Virus record (IMG/VR): IMGVR_UViG_3300036770_008715
Span: 32,001-96,000 of that record
Strand: one strand, 5' to 3'
From: a virus
DNA length: 64,000 nucleotides
The position numbers were made by a program, and so were the translations under genes. The notes beneath the pieces were generated by a model. It worked only from the letters and a program-made list of their open reading frames with translations. It had not been told where the DNA came from and searched no databases. The number at the start of each line of letters is the position of its first letter. Positions within the stretch are counted from its first letter, which is position 1. Of this stretch, positions 38,241 to 48,024 are shown piece by piece.

Positions 38241-40339
38241 CATACTTCTTTGAGCCCACCAACCCATATATCCGAGTTTGCATGGACTTTCATCTGGGCC
38301 AATAGTTCCTTTTCGCTGAAATAGCCAGCCTGTATCGTGCCGTCTTCAAATATCTGCATGACTTTTCTTTGTGGAGTTGGGTTCAGATCAACAGCATAGA
38401 AATTGTCGCCTTTTGATGTGTTTATGTTTCCTCTATTATAAAATATACCAGGCTGACCTGAAGTTATAGCAGTATTAGAAACTTGATCGATCTGGACTCC
38501 ATTTTTATATGCTGTAAGCGTAGAACCTTGCACTCTTAATTTTATAATATCACCAGCCACGAATGTTATATTAGTTGTTCCTATAATTATTTTTGTGGAA
38601 TTATCTTTAATATATGCAATTCTTCTATCACTATTATTAGTACCATCAGAACTAATAGCATAACATCCATTTGCAATTATTCTAACAGCTGGACCTAAAG
38701 AATCAAAAGTTGCTCTAGTGGCTATTCTTATTTCAGCTTCATGATCATCGGAAAAATTTACAGTGGCTTCGGCAACCTTTGCGTATGAATCTGAAGTTAC
38801 TGCATCAAATGTATTGGCAGTTATTCTGAATCCGCCTCTAATTATTTCCCAATCTGGACCTAATTCTCCATAATTAGCATTTGCTAACGTGGCATATGCT
38901 TCTGTATTTGCTCGATTGAAATTATCTGAGAAACTCTGGTAGATCCCAGTCTCTTTGAATCTCTCAGCTTGTAGTATGTATTTTGGTGCTTCTTTGATTG
39001 CGAATGCATAGGATGCAACATAATTTATTGTTCCACTGGCTGTAATATTAGATCGCCTTGATCCTGTATTACCTGCAACTGGCCTTCTCTCATAAGCTAT
39101 AGCTGCCCCTACAGCTGCATATGACACTCTAGTTCTTTTATATAAAATCTGAGTAGTTTCTGGCGCGGATGCGAATACATCATTAGCAGCCAAAAAATTA
39201 CTATCTTTTCCTGTAGTATAATACATCACCAGAGAATTATTATAATTTGTAGTTATTCCCGAAATAGCTTGAGTATCAGTTGTATTTGTTAATTTCGTAT
39301 CTATTGGGTTGTTCTTGTCAGCTCCAATCACACGGAACATCCAACCAACATCATCTTCATTATCTTGAGGTGCACTAAAAGAATAACTTACTGGCTCATT
39401 ATTTGCTATTCTGTATCCAACCCAAGTTGCAATGTTGAAGTTACCATTGAGGTTTTTATCCCAATTTGTAACTAGTGTAGTCCAATTAGTTGGGGGTGTT
39501 CCAACAAATGGGTTATTGTCAGTCGATCCAAAAAGAAATGCTAGTAATAGATCACCATCCATTGTATTTGCTGGGACATTGATAGTTAATGTCGCGTTGT
39601 TGGAGAAATTAGTAACGCTAGCATAAGTATATCCATTGGCAGTAAGATCAAGTTCAACTCTTTCGCGAATCCATGGATTGAACACGAGCAAATTGCTATA
39701 GAAAAGTGTACTGGTATCTCCAGTGACAGTTAGCCTTTCTTCTTTGACGTCATTATCATACACTTTATCAAATATACCAAAACTAAAATCGTTTAAAGAG
39801 TTAACATAATCTCTTCTTATTGTCCAACCAGAAGTTGCAGAAAATGGTGGTGGAGATGGGCTATTTGATGTTAATGTTGCTATAGCAAAACTGCCGCTTC
39901 TAGCCTTTACTGTAAATGGTACTGATACTGTTAAAGCTGGTGATGCACTTTTAGTGTTTAGATATATTGGATTTTCTTGATCAACACCAGAAAGGGTGTA
40001 TAGTGTAATTGCTCTTCCTCCACCTGCTTCGTTTGGAGTTGCACTAAATGTTATTGACTGAGATCCTGCTGGTATATCCTTTTCTAGAAGATAGAAAACC
40101 AAATTAACAGCAAGTCCAGATCCTGTTTGTGGACCTCTTAATGAAGATGATGCCAGAGTAAACTGCGCAGATCCCATCGAAAGAGTAAATGTAGGTGTAT
40201 CATAATATGAACCACCTTCATATCCCATAACAGCAACAACAACTCTACTTCTACCCGATTCTGCAGTATATGTTGTTGGAACATTATTAGCTGAAAATGG
40301 AGTACCAAGAATTTGTATTTTATTATTATAAATTGGCAT
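38240..40339 (-). CDS. multi-domain virion adhesin-like protein
   Basis: Several S/T/N-rich beta-sandwich modules, lectin-like SDNFNRA domain, C-terminal QIFEDGTIQAGYFSE. Confidence 0.7.
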   Translation of the reverse strand: MPIYNNKIQILGTPFSANNVPTTYTAESGRSRVVVAVMGYEGGSYYDTPTFTLSMGSAQFTLASSSLRGPQTGSGLAVNLVFYLLEKDIPAGSQSITFSATPNEAGGGRAITLYTLSGVDQENPIYLNTKSASPALTVSVPFTVKARSGSFAIATLTSNSPSPPPFSATSGWTIRRDYVNSLNDFSFGIFDKVYDNDVKEERLTVTGDTSTLFYSNLLVFNPWIRERVELDLTANGYTYASVTNFSNNATLTINVPANTMDGDLLLAFLFGSTDNNPFVGTPPTNWTTLVTNWDKNLNGNFNIATWVGYRIANNEPVSYSFSAPQDNEDDVGWMFRVIGADKNNPIDTKLTNTTDTQAISGITTNYNNSLVMYYTTGKDSNFLAANDVFASAPETTQILYKRTRVSYAAVGAAIAYERRPVAGNTGSRRSNITASGTINYVASYAFAIKEAPKYILQAERFKETGIYQSFSDNFNRANTEAYATLANANYGELGPDWEIIRGGFRITANTFDAVTSDSYAKVAEATVNFSDDHEAEIRIATRATFDSLGPAVRIIANGCYAISSDGTNNSDRRIAYIKDNSTKIIIGTTNITFVAGDIIKLRVQGSTLTAYKNGVQIDQVSNTAITSGQPGIFYNRGNINTSKGDNFYAVDLNPTPQRKVMQIFEDGTIQAGYFSEKELLAQMKVHANSDIWVGGLKEV

Positions 40340-42813
40340 TAAAATCCACCAACTTTTACTTTCTTTGATTTATATGGTTTAATTGAAACAACAGCAAGAT
40401 ATTTGTTTCCTTCTGTTCCAGTCGATGTTGCAGTAATTGTTTTAGATCCGCCTGTATATTGAATCTTATCTGCAGTTGCTATTCTAAAGTCAGTTTCTTC
40501 AACTGGCTGCGCTCGGTCAACAACTACATCATAATTCCATCCCCATGTTCGAGCAGGCGAAGAGCTGACTGCAGTTGCTAGAACCATTGAACCTTCGCTA
40601 ACAGTAATTGTATTAGATACAGTTGTCACCACAGCCGTTGTTGTAACATTACCAAAGGCTTCAAAATCTCCAGGTTCAGCATTATTTAATTGCCATGCTT
40701 GCCAAGAGCAGACGTTGGTGCTAGCAATAGTTTCCATGGATATTTTCTTTGTTCCAGCTTCAGAAGCATCCATGAATCTCAGATTTTGTATGGTTGCTGT
40801 TACTGTTGCTGCTGTTCCAGTAGCATATCTACTAGCAATATAACAATATCTAAACGATGAGACTTCAGTTAGATCTATAGATAATGTTGTAACTAGATTA
40901 GAATAGTTTGAATCTTTATATATCTTACAATATGCGACTAAACCAATTCTACTCAACTCAATATAAAAGGGATTATTTAAATATATTTCTGGTCCATCGT
41001 ATGTTGAAATCTTAGTTGGAGATGTTACGATTGTTGCCGCAGAATCAAATTGAACTAATTGTAATTGTGCATTTGTGGAAGAAGTAGTTCTATTCCATCT
41101 TACTTGAATTGAAGGTTTTTCATTGTTCCCAACACCACCACCAATTGTTGTTTGTAAAGATATTGGAGTAAATACTGATGTGCTAGCAGTTGCTGCTGTT
41201 ATACTTATTGGCCCAATTTTGACTCTGAAATCTCCAGTTTTCCATTGTTCTCCGCAATCCAATCGATACCCAGTTTCTCCAGAACCAGCACCGCTCATTG
41301 TATTGATATTAATTTGATTATTGCCAGTCAATGTCAAGTCTGAGCCTGGATCAAATTCAACAAAGTCCTTGGCGAAATCCATTAGCTGACCGCCGCTATC
41401 TGGCACGTCATAATACCAAACAGAAAATGCATCAGTAATTAATGGCGGTCGAAGCGAGAGTTTCGGTGTCATTGGGACGCCATCAAATCGGCAGTTTGCC
41501 ATGGCTACTGTTTGGTCCTCAGAATATCCCATCACAACAATCTTTCTACGTGTTCCAGGATCAAATCTAAAATCGCCAGAATGTGATGTGCCAGAAACGG
41601 TATTGTTGAAATATCCAGCTGAAGAGATATGGAGTTTTCTTGGATTTCTTACTGGAGCAAAAACTGTATATGGATTGACAGCAGTAGTGGAATTAGTCCA
41701 AGTTGAAGCGAACCCAAACGATCCATTTAATGTGGATACTCTTGTGGCAGTATCGCCGTTATATCCTGCAACAGATAATCTCAAATTAGTTGCAGATTTT
41801 GTGCTCCAAGCAACAGCATATGTTTTATCTTTGATCAATTTAATTGGTGGATAAAATGTATTTCTATATACTGCAGTTGGACCTACATTTACTGAAGCAG
41901 TTCCTACTAATGGCGCCGCTGAAAAAGTATCACTTACATCATAAATTGCAATATCTAACGGCGAACCATCACCATAAATTGTAGTTGATCCTGTGCTGCA
42001 ACCAACTTCTCCAATTTCTTCATCTTCCTTGGCAAGAAATAATGGAAGAAATCTAGTTGGATTTCCGTAGTTCATAAATTGGCCAGTATTTCTTGTTATA
42101 TCTATGCCAGCTGCTCTAAAATAACCTCCGCCATAGTGACCCACAGCTTCTGTGTTTGGGACAATACTGAAAGTTAATGCTCTTTTATTATCTAATGTTC
42201 TGCCCCATAATATATTACCATAACTAGTATTTGTGCCAGGCCTGTCTTGATAGGAAACAATCAAAGAAGTTCGGTTTGTATTCGCTTTGGCAATTAAAGT
42301 CGTTCCGCTTGGGATATCGCTATCACTAAATGCAGTATTACTTTGGGAAGCGCAAACTGTCATTAGTAAAAACCCATCTCCACCACTAGGTGTTTGAGTT
42401 GGGTTACCAGAAGTTATTGCTGCTATACCATCAACGCTGGTATTACTAATAAAGGCTGAGCAGGGAGTAATTCTATGAGCACCCTCAACTCTCATTGCGA
42501 TAACGCAAAACTCTGCATCTGCAGTTGTACTAGTGGTTCTAATCCTGGCTACAGTTTCTTGGCCATTAGATATTTTTGTTCCGACATATATGTTTCCATA
42601 AAATGTACCAGCCTCATTAGTAGACAAAAATTGTTGATACCCATGAATATTTGCTGTATGGCCAGTTGTTGTTGTATTTCCTGATGCTATAAGGATTATT
42701 GTGTCGCCCTTTTTTCCAGGAGGTATTGGAAATTCAAAACTTCTTAATCCGCCATTAGTATTGGCAACAGTATATCCAACATTCAACGTGTTGTTAAACT
42801 TAACAACAGCCAT
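40339..42813 (-). CDS. multi-domain virion adhesin-like protein
   Basis: 824 aa, S/T-rich beta modules, coupled to neighbours. Confidence 0.7.
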   Translation of the reverse strand: MAVVKFNNTLNVGYTVANTNGGLRSFEFPIPPGKKGDTIILIASGNTTTTGHTANIHGYQQFLSTNEAGTFYGNIYVGTKISNGQETVARIRTTSTTADAEFCVIAMRVEGAHRITPCSAFISNTSVDGIAAITSGNPTQTPSGGDGFLLMTVCASQSNTAFSDSDIPSGTTLIAKANTNRTSLIVSYQDRPGTNTSYGNILWGRTLDNKRALTFSIVPNTEAVGHYGGGYFRAAGIDITRNTGQFMNYGNPTRFLPLFLAKEDEEIGEVGCSTGSTTIYGDGSPLDIAIYDVSDTFSAAPLVGTASVNVGPTAVYRNTFYPPIKLIKDKTYAVAWSTKSATNLRLSVAGYNGDTATRVSTLNGSFGFASTWTNSTTAVNPYTVFAPVRNPRKLHISSAGYFNNTVSGTSHSGDFRFDPGTRRKIVVMGYSEDQTVAMANCRFDGVPMTPKLSLRPPLITDAFSVWYYDVPDSGGQLMDFAKDFVEFDPGSDLTLTGNNQININTMSGAGSGETGYRLDCGEQWKTGDFRVKIGPISITAATASTSVFTPISLQTTIGGGVGNNEKPSIQVRWNRTTSSTNAQLQLVQFDSAATIVTSPTKISTYDGPEIYLNNPFYIELSRIGLVAYCKIYKDSNYSNLVTTLSIDLTEVSSFRYCYIASRYATGTAATVTATIQNLRFMDASEAGTKKISMETIASTNVCSWQAWQLNNAEPGDFEAFGNVTTTAVVTTVSNTITVSEGSMVLATAVSSSPARTWGWNYDVVVDRAQPVEETDFRIATADKIQYTGGSKTITATSTGTEGNKYLAVVSIKPYKSKKVKVGGF

Positions 42814-42817
42814 AGTT

Positions 42818-43708
42818 TTATCCTAGGAAAGTAAAGTCGATTGATTTGGTCGACACGTTGTAGGTTATTGACATATTGGAATTGGCAATATTATTGTTTG
42901 CCTGATCTCCACCAAAGTATATTCCATTATTGGTAGATAGTTTAAGGTTTGCATTTGCACTTATTAGGCTGGCTGAGGTGTTGTATGTGAAGTTTGCATT
43001 GCCAGCAAACGTTCCATCGTTATTGTATTGTATGTCAGTATTTGATCCGCCAGGAGTTCCGCTTCCACTAGAAGTGAACTGAATATTCGCATTGCCTTCT
43101 ATTCCAGAAGTGACAGTAACTGTTACTGTTGCGCTATTGAGGAAATTAATTCCATTGGCAGTTACAGTCGAAACGCTGTTGGCCGAAACAGGGAATGTAC
43201 CAGAACCGCCACCGCCAGAACCAGGTGCACCTTGAACACCTTGAGCTCCTTGTACCCCAGTTCCAATTTGGCCTTGAACACCTTGGAATCCTTGAGCACC
43301 TACTGCTCCTTGAATTCCCTGGAACCCTTGCGCTCCAACAGCGCCTTGTACACCCTGAAATCCTTGAGCACCTACTGCTCCTTGAATTCCCTGGAACCCT
43401 TGCGCTCCAACAGCACCTTGGAATCCTTGTGCTCCTTGTACGCCGCTACCACCAACAACAGTTATTGCAATATTAGCATTACCATCTGTCGAATCAGTTA
43501 CTGCGATTGTCGCCGTTGCAGTGTTGACAAAGTTGAGTTGTTTGGCTGAAAGAGTAGATTCACTGTTTTGAGAAACGCGAACCGTGTTGGCCGCACTGGC
43601 TAGGTTTGCATTAAAAATAGAACCCGTAACAGTAAGATTCCCAGAAACCGTGGTATTCTGGGTTACAATTAGATTTCCAGTTACATTACTGTTTAATAGC
43701 TGGGCCAT
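42818..43708 (-). CDS. short collagen-like connector protein
   Basis: Gly-X-Gln tract; C-terminus ...SIDFTFLG shared with 48025-50724. Confidence 0.82.
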   Translation of the reverse strand: MAQLLNSNVTGNLIVTQNTTVSGNLTVTGSIFNANLASAANTVRVSQNSESTLSAKQLNFVNTATATIAVTDSTDGNANIAITVVGGSGVQGAQGFQGAVGAQGFQGIQGAVGAQGFQGVQGAVGAQGFQGIQGAVGAQGFQGVQGQIGTGVQGAQGVQGAPGSGGGGSGTFPVSANSVSTVTANGINFLNSATVTVTVTSGIEGNANIQFTSSGSGTPGGSNTDIQYNNDGTFAGNANFTYNTSASLISANANLKLSTNNGIYFGGDQANNNIANSNMSITYNVSTKSIDFTFLG

Positions 43709-43735
43709 TTTGATTCTCGGATATAGATTACTCTG

Positions 43736-43742
43736 TATTTAG
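43736..43742 (-). promoter_or_regulatory. late promoter variant (CTAAATA)
   Basis: CTAAATA overlapping the upstream stop, just before 43708. Confidence 0.55.
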
Positions 43743-45256
43743 TCTGGTGGCACTTCAATAAACTCAGCCGTTTGTACTGCTCCATTGGCAAATAATCGAA
43801 GAGAAGGAGTTAATGCTTCTTCGAATAATTCTCCCATTTGGATAGTTCCATTGGCAAAAATTCTGAGAACATCGCTTGATGGGATTGATATTGTGTTAGG
43901 GATGCCGACATTTGCTGTATTGACTCCCATGTCTGAACCATTTTCTGCTGCAGAAACCCCTATCGAAGAAGAATCTAATTTAAACCCTGATATTGAACTT
44001 GGGTATGTTCCGCCAGAAAAGACTATCGCTCCATTCACAGAACTGGCGTCTTGTCCATAAAAAGTTTGCCAGCCAGATAAAGTATAAGATATGCTATTAT
44101 TCCAAATTGCACCTCCATATCCATTATAATTGGTTGTTGTAAAATGTGGCGCAGAATTATACCTATGTATCTCTGTAGTGCCTAGAATAATGTTGTTTTT
44201 GACGATATTCCCTATGGCGCCGTTTGCGGCTGGCGGATCATCAGGATCTGTAGCCCAGAGCAACGTTATGTTATTTGCTATTGTATTATATTGAATATCG
44301 TTGTAATCTCCACCAGCAACACCATTAGATTCATTTATAACTAATGATACATTAGATGCAAAAATATTATTAATAATATTTGCATAGTTGGTATTAAAAA
44401 ATGAAGCGAACCTATCCGTATCTTTTATGTAATTTCCCGAAATCGTAATGTCTGTATTTGATAGGTTGGACTCATTGGCATGTTTAAAATAAATCCCACA
44501 TGGAGAGTTGGACATAATGTTGTTTCTTATGACCAACTTTCCTACTCTAAATGCAACTATATTCCCTGTGTTATTATGAATTCCACTAGCATTAGATCCA
44601 GGACCATTGAACGTATTGTATTGTATGGTTGTATAATTGCTTAACGTTCCACCATTTATCTTAATGGCGCCCGAATTATCGCCCCCATATTCTTGATTAA
44701 TAGTACACCATTGGATTGTGTTATTGCTACTATCTACGTTCGTGCCTAGCTGAAATGCTACTGAAGTATTCGCAAATTCTAATCCATGAAATCTCCAATA
44801 TTGCTTTCCTTCGAGCATCATAAACATATTATTTGTTGTGCCGCCACCACTGACTCCAACAGTATTAGCGCAATTAATTATAACTCGTTCGCCAGGATAA
44901 TTTCTAACAGTAATTGGTTGTGATGCAGTTCCTGTTTGTGAATTGACTGTTGCTGATGGATTTCCTCCATATGTCTGGGAATAAAATGTTCCTCTAAGAT
45001 GAAGGAGAAAATCTAGATTATATGTTCCACCTCTAATCAACAGAGTGTCATTTGCGTTAAGATTATACACTCCTTTTTCAATCGTAAGCCATGGTGTGTT
45101 TGGATTATTTGGAGTGCTAGAAGAATCGCTACCTGTTAATGACACATATTTTAAGTTAGCACTCATACCAAATGTTGATTCATCGGTATTACTATCAACT
45201 TCAGTGCGTCCAGTCTCAATAAATTGTTCTGCTTGGAATACGAATTCGTTTGGCAT
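43739..45256 (-). CDS. right-handed beta-helix protein (pectate-lyase-like, putative depolymerase)
   Basis: YVSLTGSD...PWLTIEKG...DTLLIRGGTY...GTASQPITVRNYPGERVII, then Asn-ladder repeats (TIQYNTF, IRNNIM, ISGNYI, IINNIF). Confidence 0.8.
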   Translation of the reverse strand: MPNEFVFQAEQFIETGRTEVDSNTDESTFGMSANLKYVSLTGSDSSSTPNNPNTPWLTIEKGVYNLNANDTLLIRGGTYNLDFLLHLRGTFYSQTYGGNPSATVNSQTGTASQPITVRNYPGERVIINCANTVGVSGGGTTNNMFMMLEGKQYWRFHGLEFANTSVAFQLGTNVDSSNNTIQWCTINQEYGGDNSGAIKINGGTLSNYTTIQYNTFNGPGSNASGIHNNTGNIVAFRVGKLVIRNNIMSNSPCGIYFKHANESNLSNTDITISGNYIKDTDRFASFFNTNYANIINNIFASNVSLVINESNGVAGGDYNDIQYNTIANNITLLWATDPDDPPAANGAIGNIVKNNIILGTTEIHRYNSAPHFTTTNYNGYGGAIWNNSISYTLSGWQTFYGQDASSVNGAIVFSGGTYPSSISGFKLDSSSIGVSAAENGSDMGVNTANVGIPNTISIPSSDVLRIFANGTIQMGELFEEALTPSLRLFANGAVQTAEFIEVPPD

Positions 45257-45269
45257 TATACTACTCTAC

Positions 45270-47177
45270 TTATCTATAGATGACTTCAACGTTATCAATA
45301 TATCTTGTTTCACTAGAAACTGGTGCACCACCTGATTCCCATCCACCAATAGCAAATTGATGGAATGTATAATCATTACTACTGCCTCTTATATTAATAT
45401 TACTAGCAGAACCCATTAATTCGCCATCTCTCCACAATTTTATCCAACCATCAGAATTACCTATAGAATTTAATTGAATTTCAACAGCAATAGTATACCA
45501 TTGTTCTCTATTCATGTTCCAATCGTTGTCAATAACAAAATTTGAACTAGTTCCTAATCCTTGACCAAATACAATAGCTCTTGTTGAATTTCCAGGAGTT
45601 CCGCTGCCCTCAAGTCCAAGTAAAACATCTAATGTGACATTACCATTAGATAATCTACCAACAATTCTACAGGATTTATCTGCCTGGAAATCCCAGTTTG
45701 CGTCTCTATACTCATCCCATTGTAATCTAATATAAGTTTTTCCTGTACTAACATCACCATTAATAGCGCCAGGAAATCTATAATATAATAAAGTCCGTGA
45801 TTCATTTTGAGTCCATGTTGAAGTATATCGATTAGATCCCTGGAATAGGCTAATAGAATGAGTTCCACCGTTTGATGTATCTTGACTATCCCATGGACCA
45901 TTAATAGCATCAGTTATTGTTGAATATGTTTCGAAACTTTCAAAAAAATCTCTAACTACTCTGATATACATTTTAATCTTATTGGAGATTTTCGTCAATC
46001 CGCTGGCTGTGAATGTTCCTGCTTCTCCCCAAACATAATATAGATCAGAGTATATTCTATAGTCAAACGAGTCTGTTGTATCATTAGGAGAATTAATCTC
46101 AATGAATCCTTGCGAATCAACATATAAATCATTTCCAAGATTAGTTTTAGTTGGGAGATAGAATTTATCCCCTACAGAAACTGCTGGTGATAGTCCATAA
46201 TATAAAGAATATGTATTTGCGGCCTGGGATATATCTGTAACTGTGTGTATATTATAGAATGTATTTGTGGTAAGAGTGCCAGAAATACTTGCTGTTGCAA
46301 CGTTAAATGTCACATTACCAAATCCAACATTTGATGCGAATAATTGTTCAGAATATGGAACATCAAATACAATAGCTGATGCATTAGTAGTTGTTGGAGC
46401 TACATTGATGCTTCTTGTTTGATATACTATTTGTACTGCAGTTTGGCCACTTAAATTATAACCAGATAGAATAACTCCAGGCTGCCCAGCATATACAGTT
46501 TCGTCCGTATCAACATCAATTATTGATACATCTGTTGATGCAATAGAAAGTGCTATATGAGTAGTTTGACCTCCTCCTCCGCCAACAGTCCAGGACATTA
46601 TAGAATTAGATGAAGAATTTCCATCTTCAATGGAAGAAGCTATTCTTGCGGAATTTCCACCTGCTCCTGCAGATCCAATAAAGTTGCTAAGTTGTGTTTG
46701 ATTCGCATCAGCAGTATATGTTGTACTGTCGCCACTTCCAGTTCCAATTGCATCAAATACAATAAATCCAGTTCTAGAAGCAATACTTACTGAATTGCTA
46801 GTTGATGTTCTGAAAGTAAAAGGTGGAGTTACTAATTGAGAAACGTTTGCAAAAGATGTTGCAATTATCCCACCTCTGGTAGTTGATGCTGCCCAACGAA
46901 CAATTACAGTATTATTCCCTGTTGGAGGATTAACCATGTAATATGTTCTTAGATATACACCGCCATTAATTACTGTGTTGGCAAATGTCATTGCGGCATT
47001 ATTATAATACACATATGACGGATCTGTTGGCGCACCCGCACTAGTGGTCACTATATTAACAACTAAAAATCTATCTTCCCCCGAACATGTATGATAAAAA
47101 AGTGAATTTGTTCCAGAGTTAACTCCAGCTCCAGACAAAGAAAGAAAGGTATTTGCATTAAGAGTTACTGCAGGCAT
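45270..47177 (-). CDS. virion protein with C-terminal polysaccharide-lyase-like jelly-roll domain
   Basis: REQWYTIAVEIQLNS.GNSDGWIKLWRDG...GGW...YIDNVEV. Confidence 0.65.
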   Translation of the reverse strand: MPAVTLNANTFLSLSGAGVNSGTNSLFYHTCSGEDRFLVVNIVTTSAGAPTDPSYVYYNNAAMTFANTVINGGVYLRTYYMVNPPTGNNTVIVRWAASTTRGGIIATSFANVSQLVTPPFTFRTSTSNSVSIASRTGFIVFDAIGTGSGDSTTYTADANQTQLSNFIGSAGAGGNSARIASSIEDGNSSSNSIMSWTVGGGGGQTTHIALSIASTDVSIIDVDTDETVYAGQPGVILSGYNLSGQTAVQIVYQTRSINVAPTTTNASAIVFDVPYSEQLFASNVGFGNVTFNVATASISGTLTTNTFYNIHTVTDISQAANTYSLYYGLSPAVSVGDKFYLPTKTNLGNDLYVDSQGFIEINSPNDTTDSFDYRIYSDLYYVWGEAGTFTASGLTKISNKIKMYIRVVRDFFESFETYSTITDAINGPWDSQDTSNGGTHSISLFQGSNRYTSTWTQNESRTLLYYRFPGAINGDVSTGKTYIRLQWDEYRDANWDFQADKSCRIVGRLSNGNVTLDVLLGLEGSGTPGNSTRAIVFGQGLGTSSNFVIDNDWNMNREQWYTIAVEIQLNSIGNSDGWIKLWRDGELMGSASNINIRGSSNDYTFHQFAIGGWESGGAPVSSETRYIDNVEVIYR

Positions 47178-47178
47178 T

Positions 47179-48018
47179 TTATGTACCTATAAATTTCCTG
47201 CGGCCTGAATCTGATCTATATGGCGGACTAACATTTGTAGCAATAACAATATCGTCAAGATATGTGTCGTTATTTGGAGGAGTTTCATTATTCCAATAGG
47301 TGAACCAATATAAACTAGTCATAATATTGGTTGCTTCATTCATTGTTCCAGTATCAGCTGCTGTGCGTTCTTGGACGAGATTACCATCAACCCAGAAACG
47401 GAAAAGGACTCCTGATCCACCCATAGATTCTTTCACATCTAGTTTACAATACACTTCATATGTTATCCATTGATCTCGAGGGATAGGAACTAGAGAATAT
47501 TTCCATATATTATTATTATCAAATTCTCTGATTGTCCCATAAGTCCAAGATCCCCAGCTCGCTTCTTCATTAACATACAAATCCATATACCCAGCATTAA
47601 CAGCAGATTCAGCTGCGCTCTTAAACATCCTAAGTCGTAGAAATTTCATTGCTGGAGTTGCACTGAATGTAAATTCACTTGGCCAGTATTGCCTCCATCT
47701 AACCCAAATCTCATCACCTCTTACCAAGTTAGTAGGTAAGGCATATGTCCCACCCCAATTACCAAATCCACCACCATCTCCAGTTCTAATTGACATTAAT
47801 GCCGATGCGCCACTTGTTCCATATTTCGTTGTTGTATTTGCTTTGGTTCTTCCTGCAGTACCAAAAACAGGACCATTCAATGAAACCCCATCAGCATAAG
47901 AATTAAAATTCTGAGTAGAAACAGGAGTGTATGTTCCTCCTGTTGGGTATTTGCTGTATCGTATGCCATCTTCTGATGGTATTATTCTAAAAGAACGTTT
48001 AGTGCCATTGATAGCCAT
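47179..48018 (-). CDS. polysaccharide-lyase-like / lectin jelly-roll protein
   Basis: EIWVRWRQYWP..F, MKFLRL, PRDQWITYEVY, RFWVDG, YLDDIVI. Confidence 0.65.
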   Translation of the reverse strand: MAINGTKRSFRIIPSEDGIRYSKYPTGGTYTPVSTQNFNSYADGVSLNGPVFGTAGRTKANTTTKYGTSGASALMSIRTGDGGGFGNWGGTYALPTNLVRGDEIWVRWRQYWPSEFTFSATPAMKFLRLRMFKSAAESAVNAGYMDLYVNEEASWGSWTYGTIREFDNNNIWKYSLVPIPRDQWITYEVYCKLDVKESMGGSGVLFRFWVDGNLVQERTAADTGTMNEATNIMTSLYWFTYWNNETPPNNDTYLDDIVIATNVSPPYRSDSGRRKFIGT

Positions 48019-48024
48019 ATTAAA

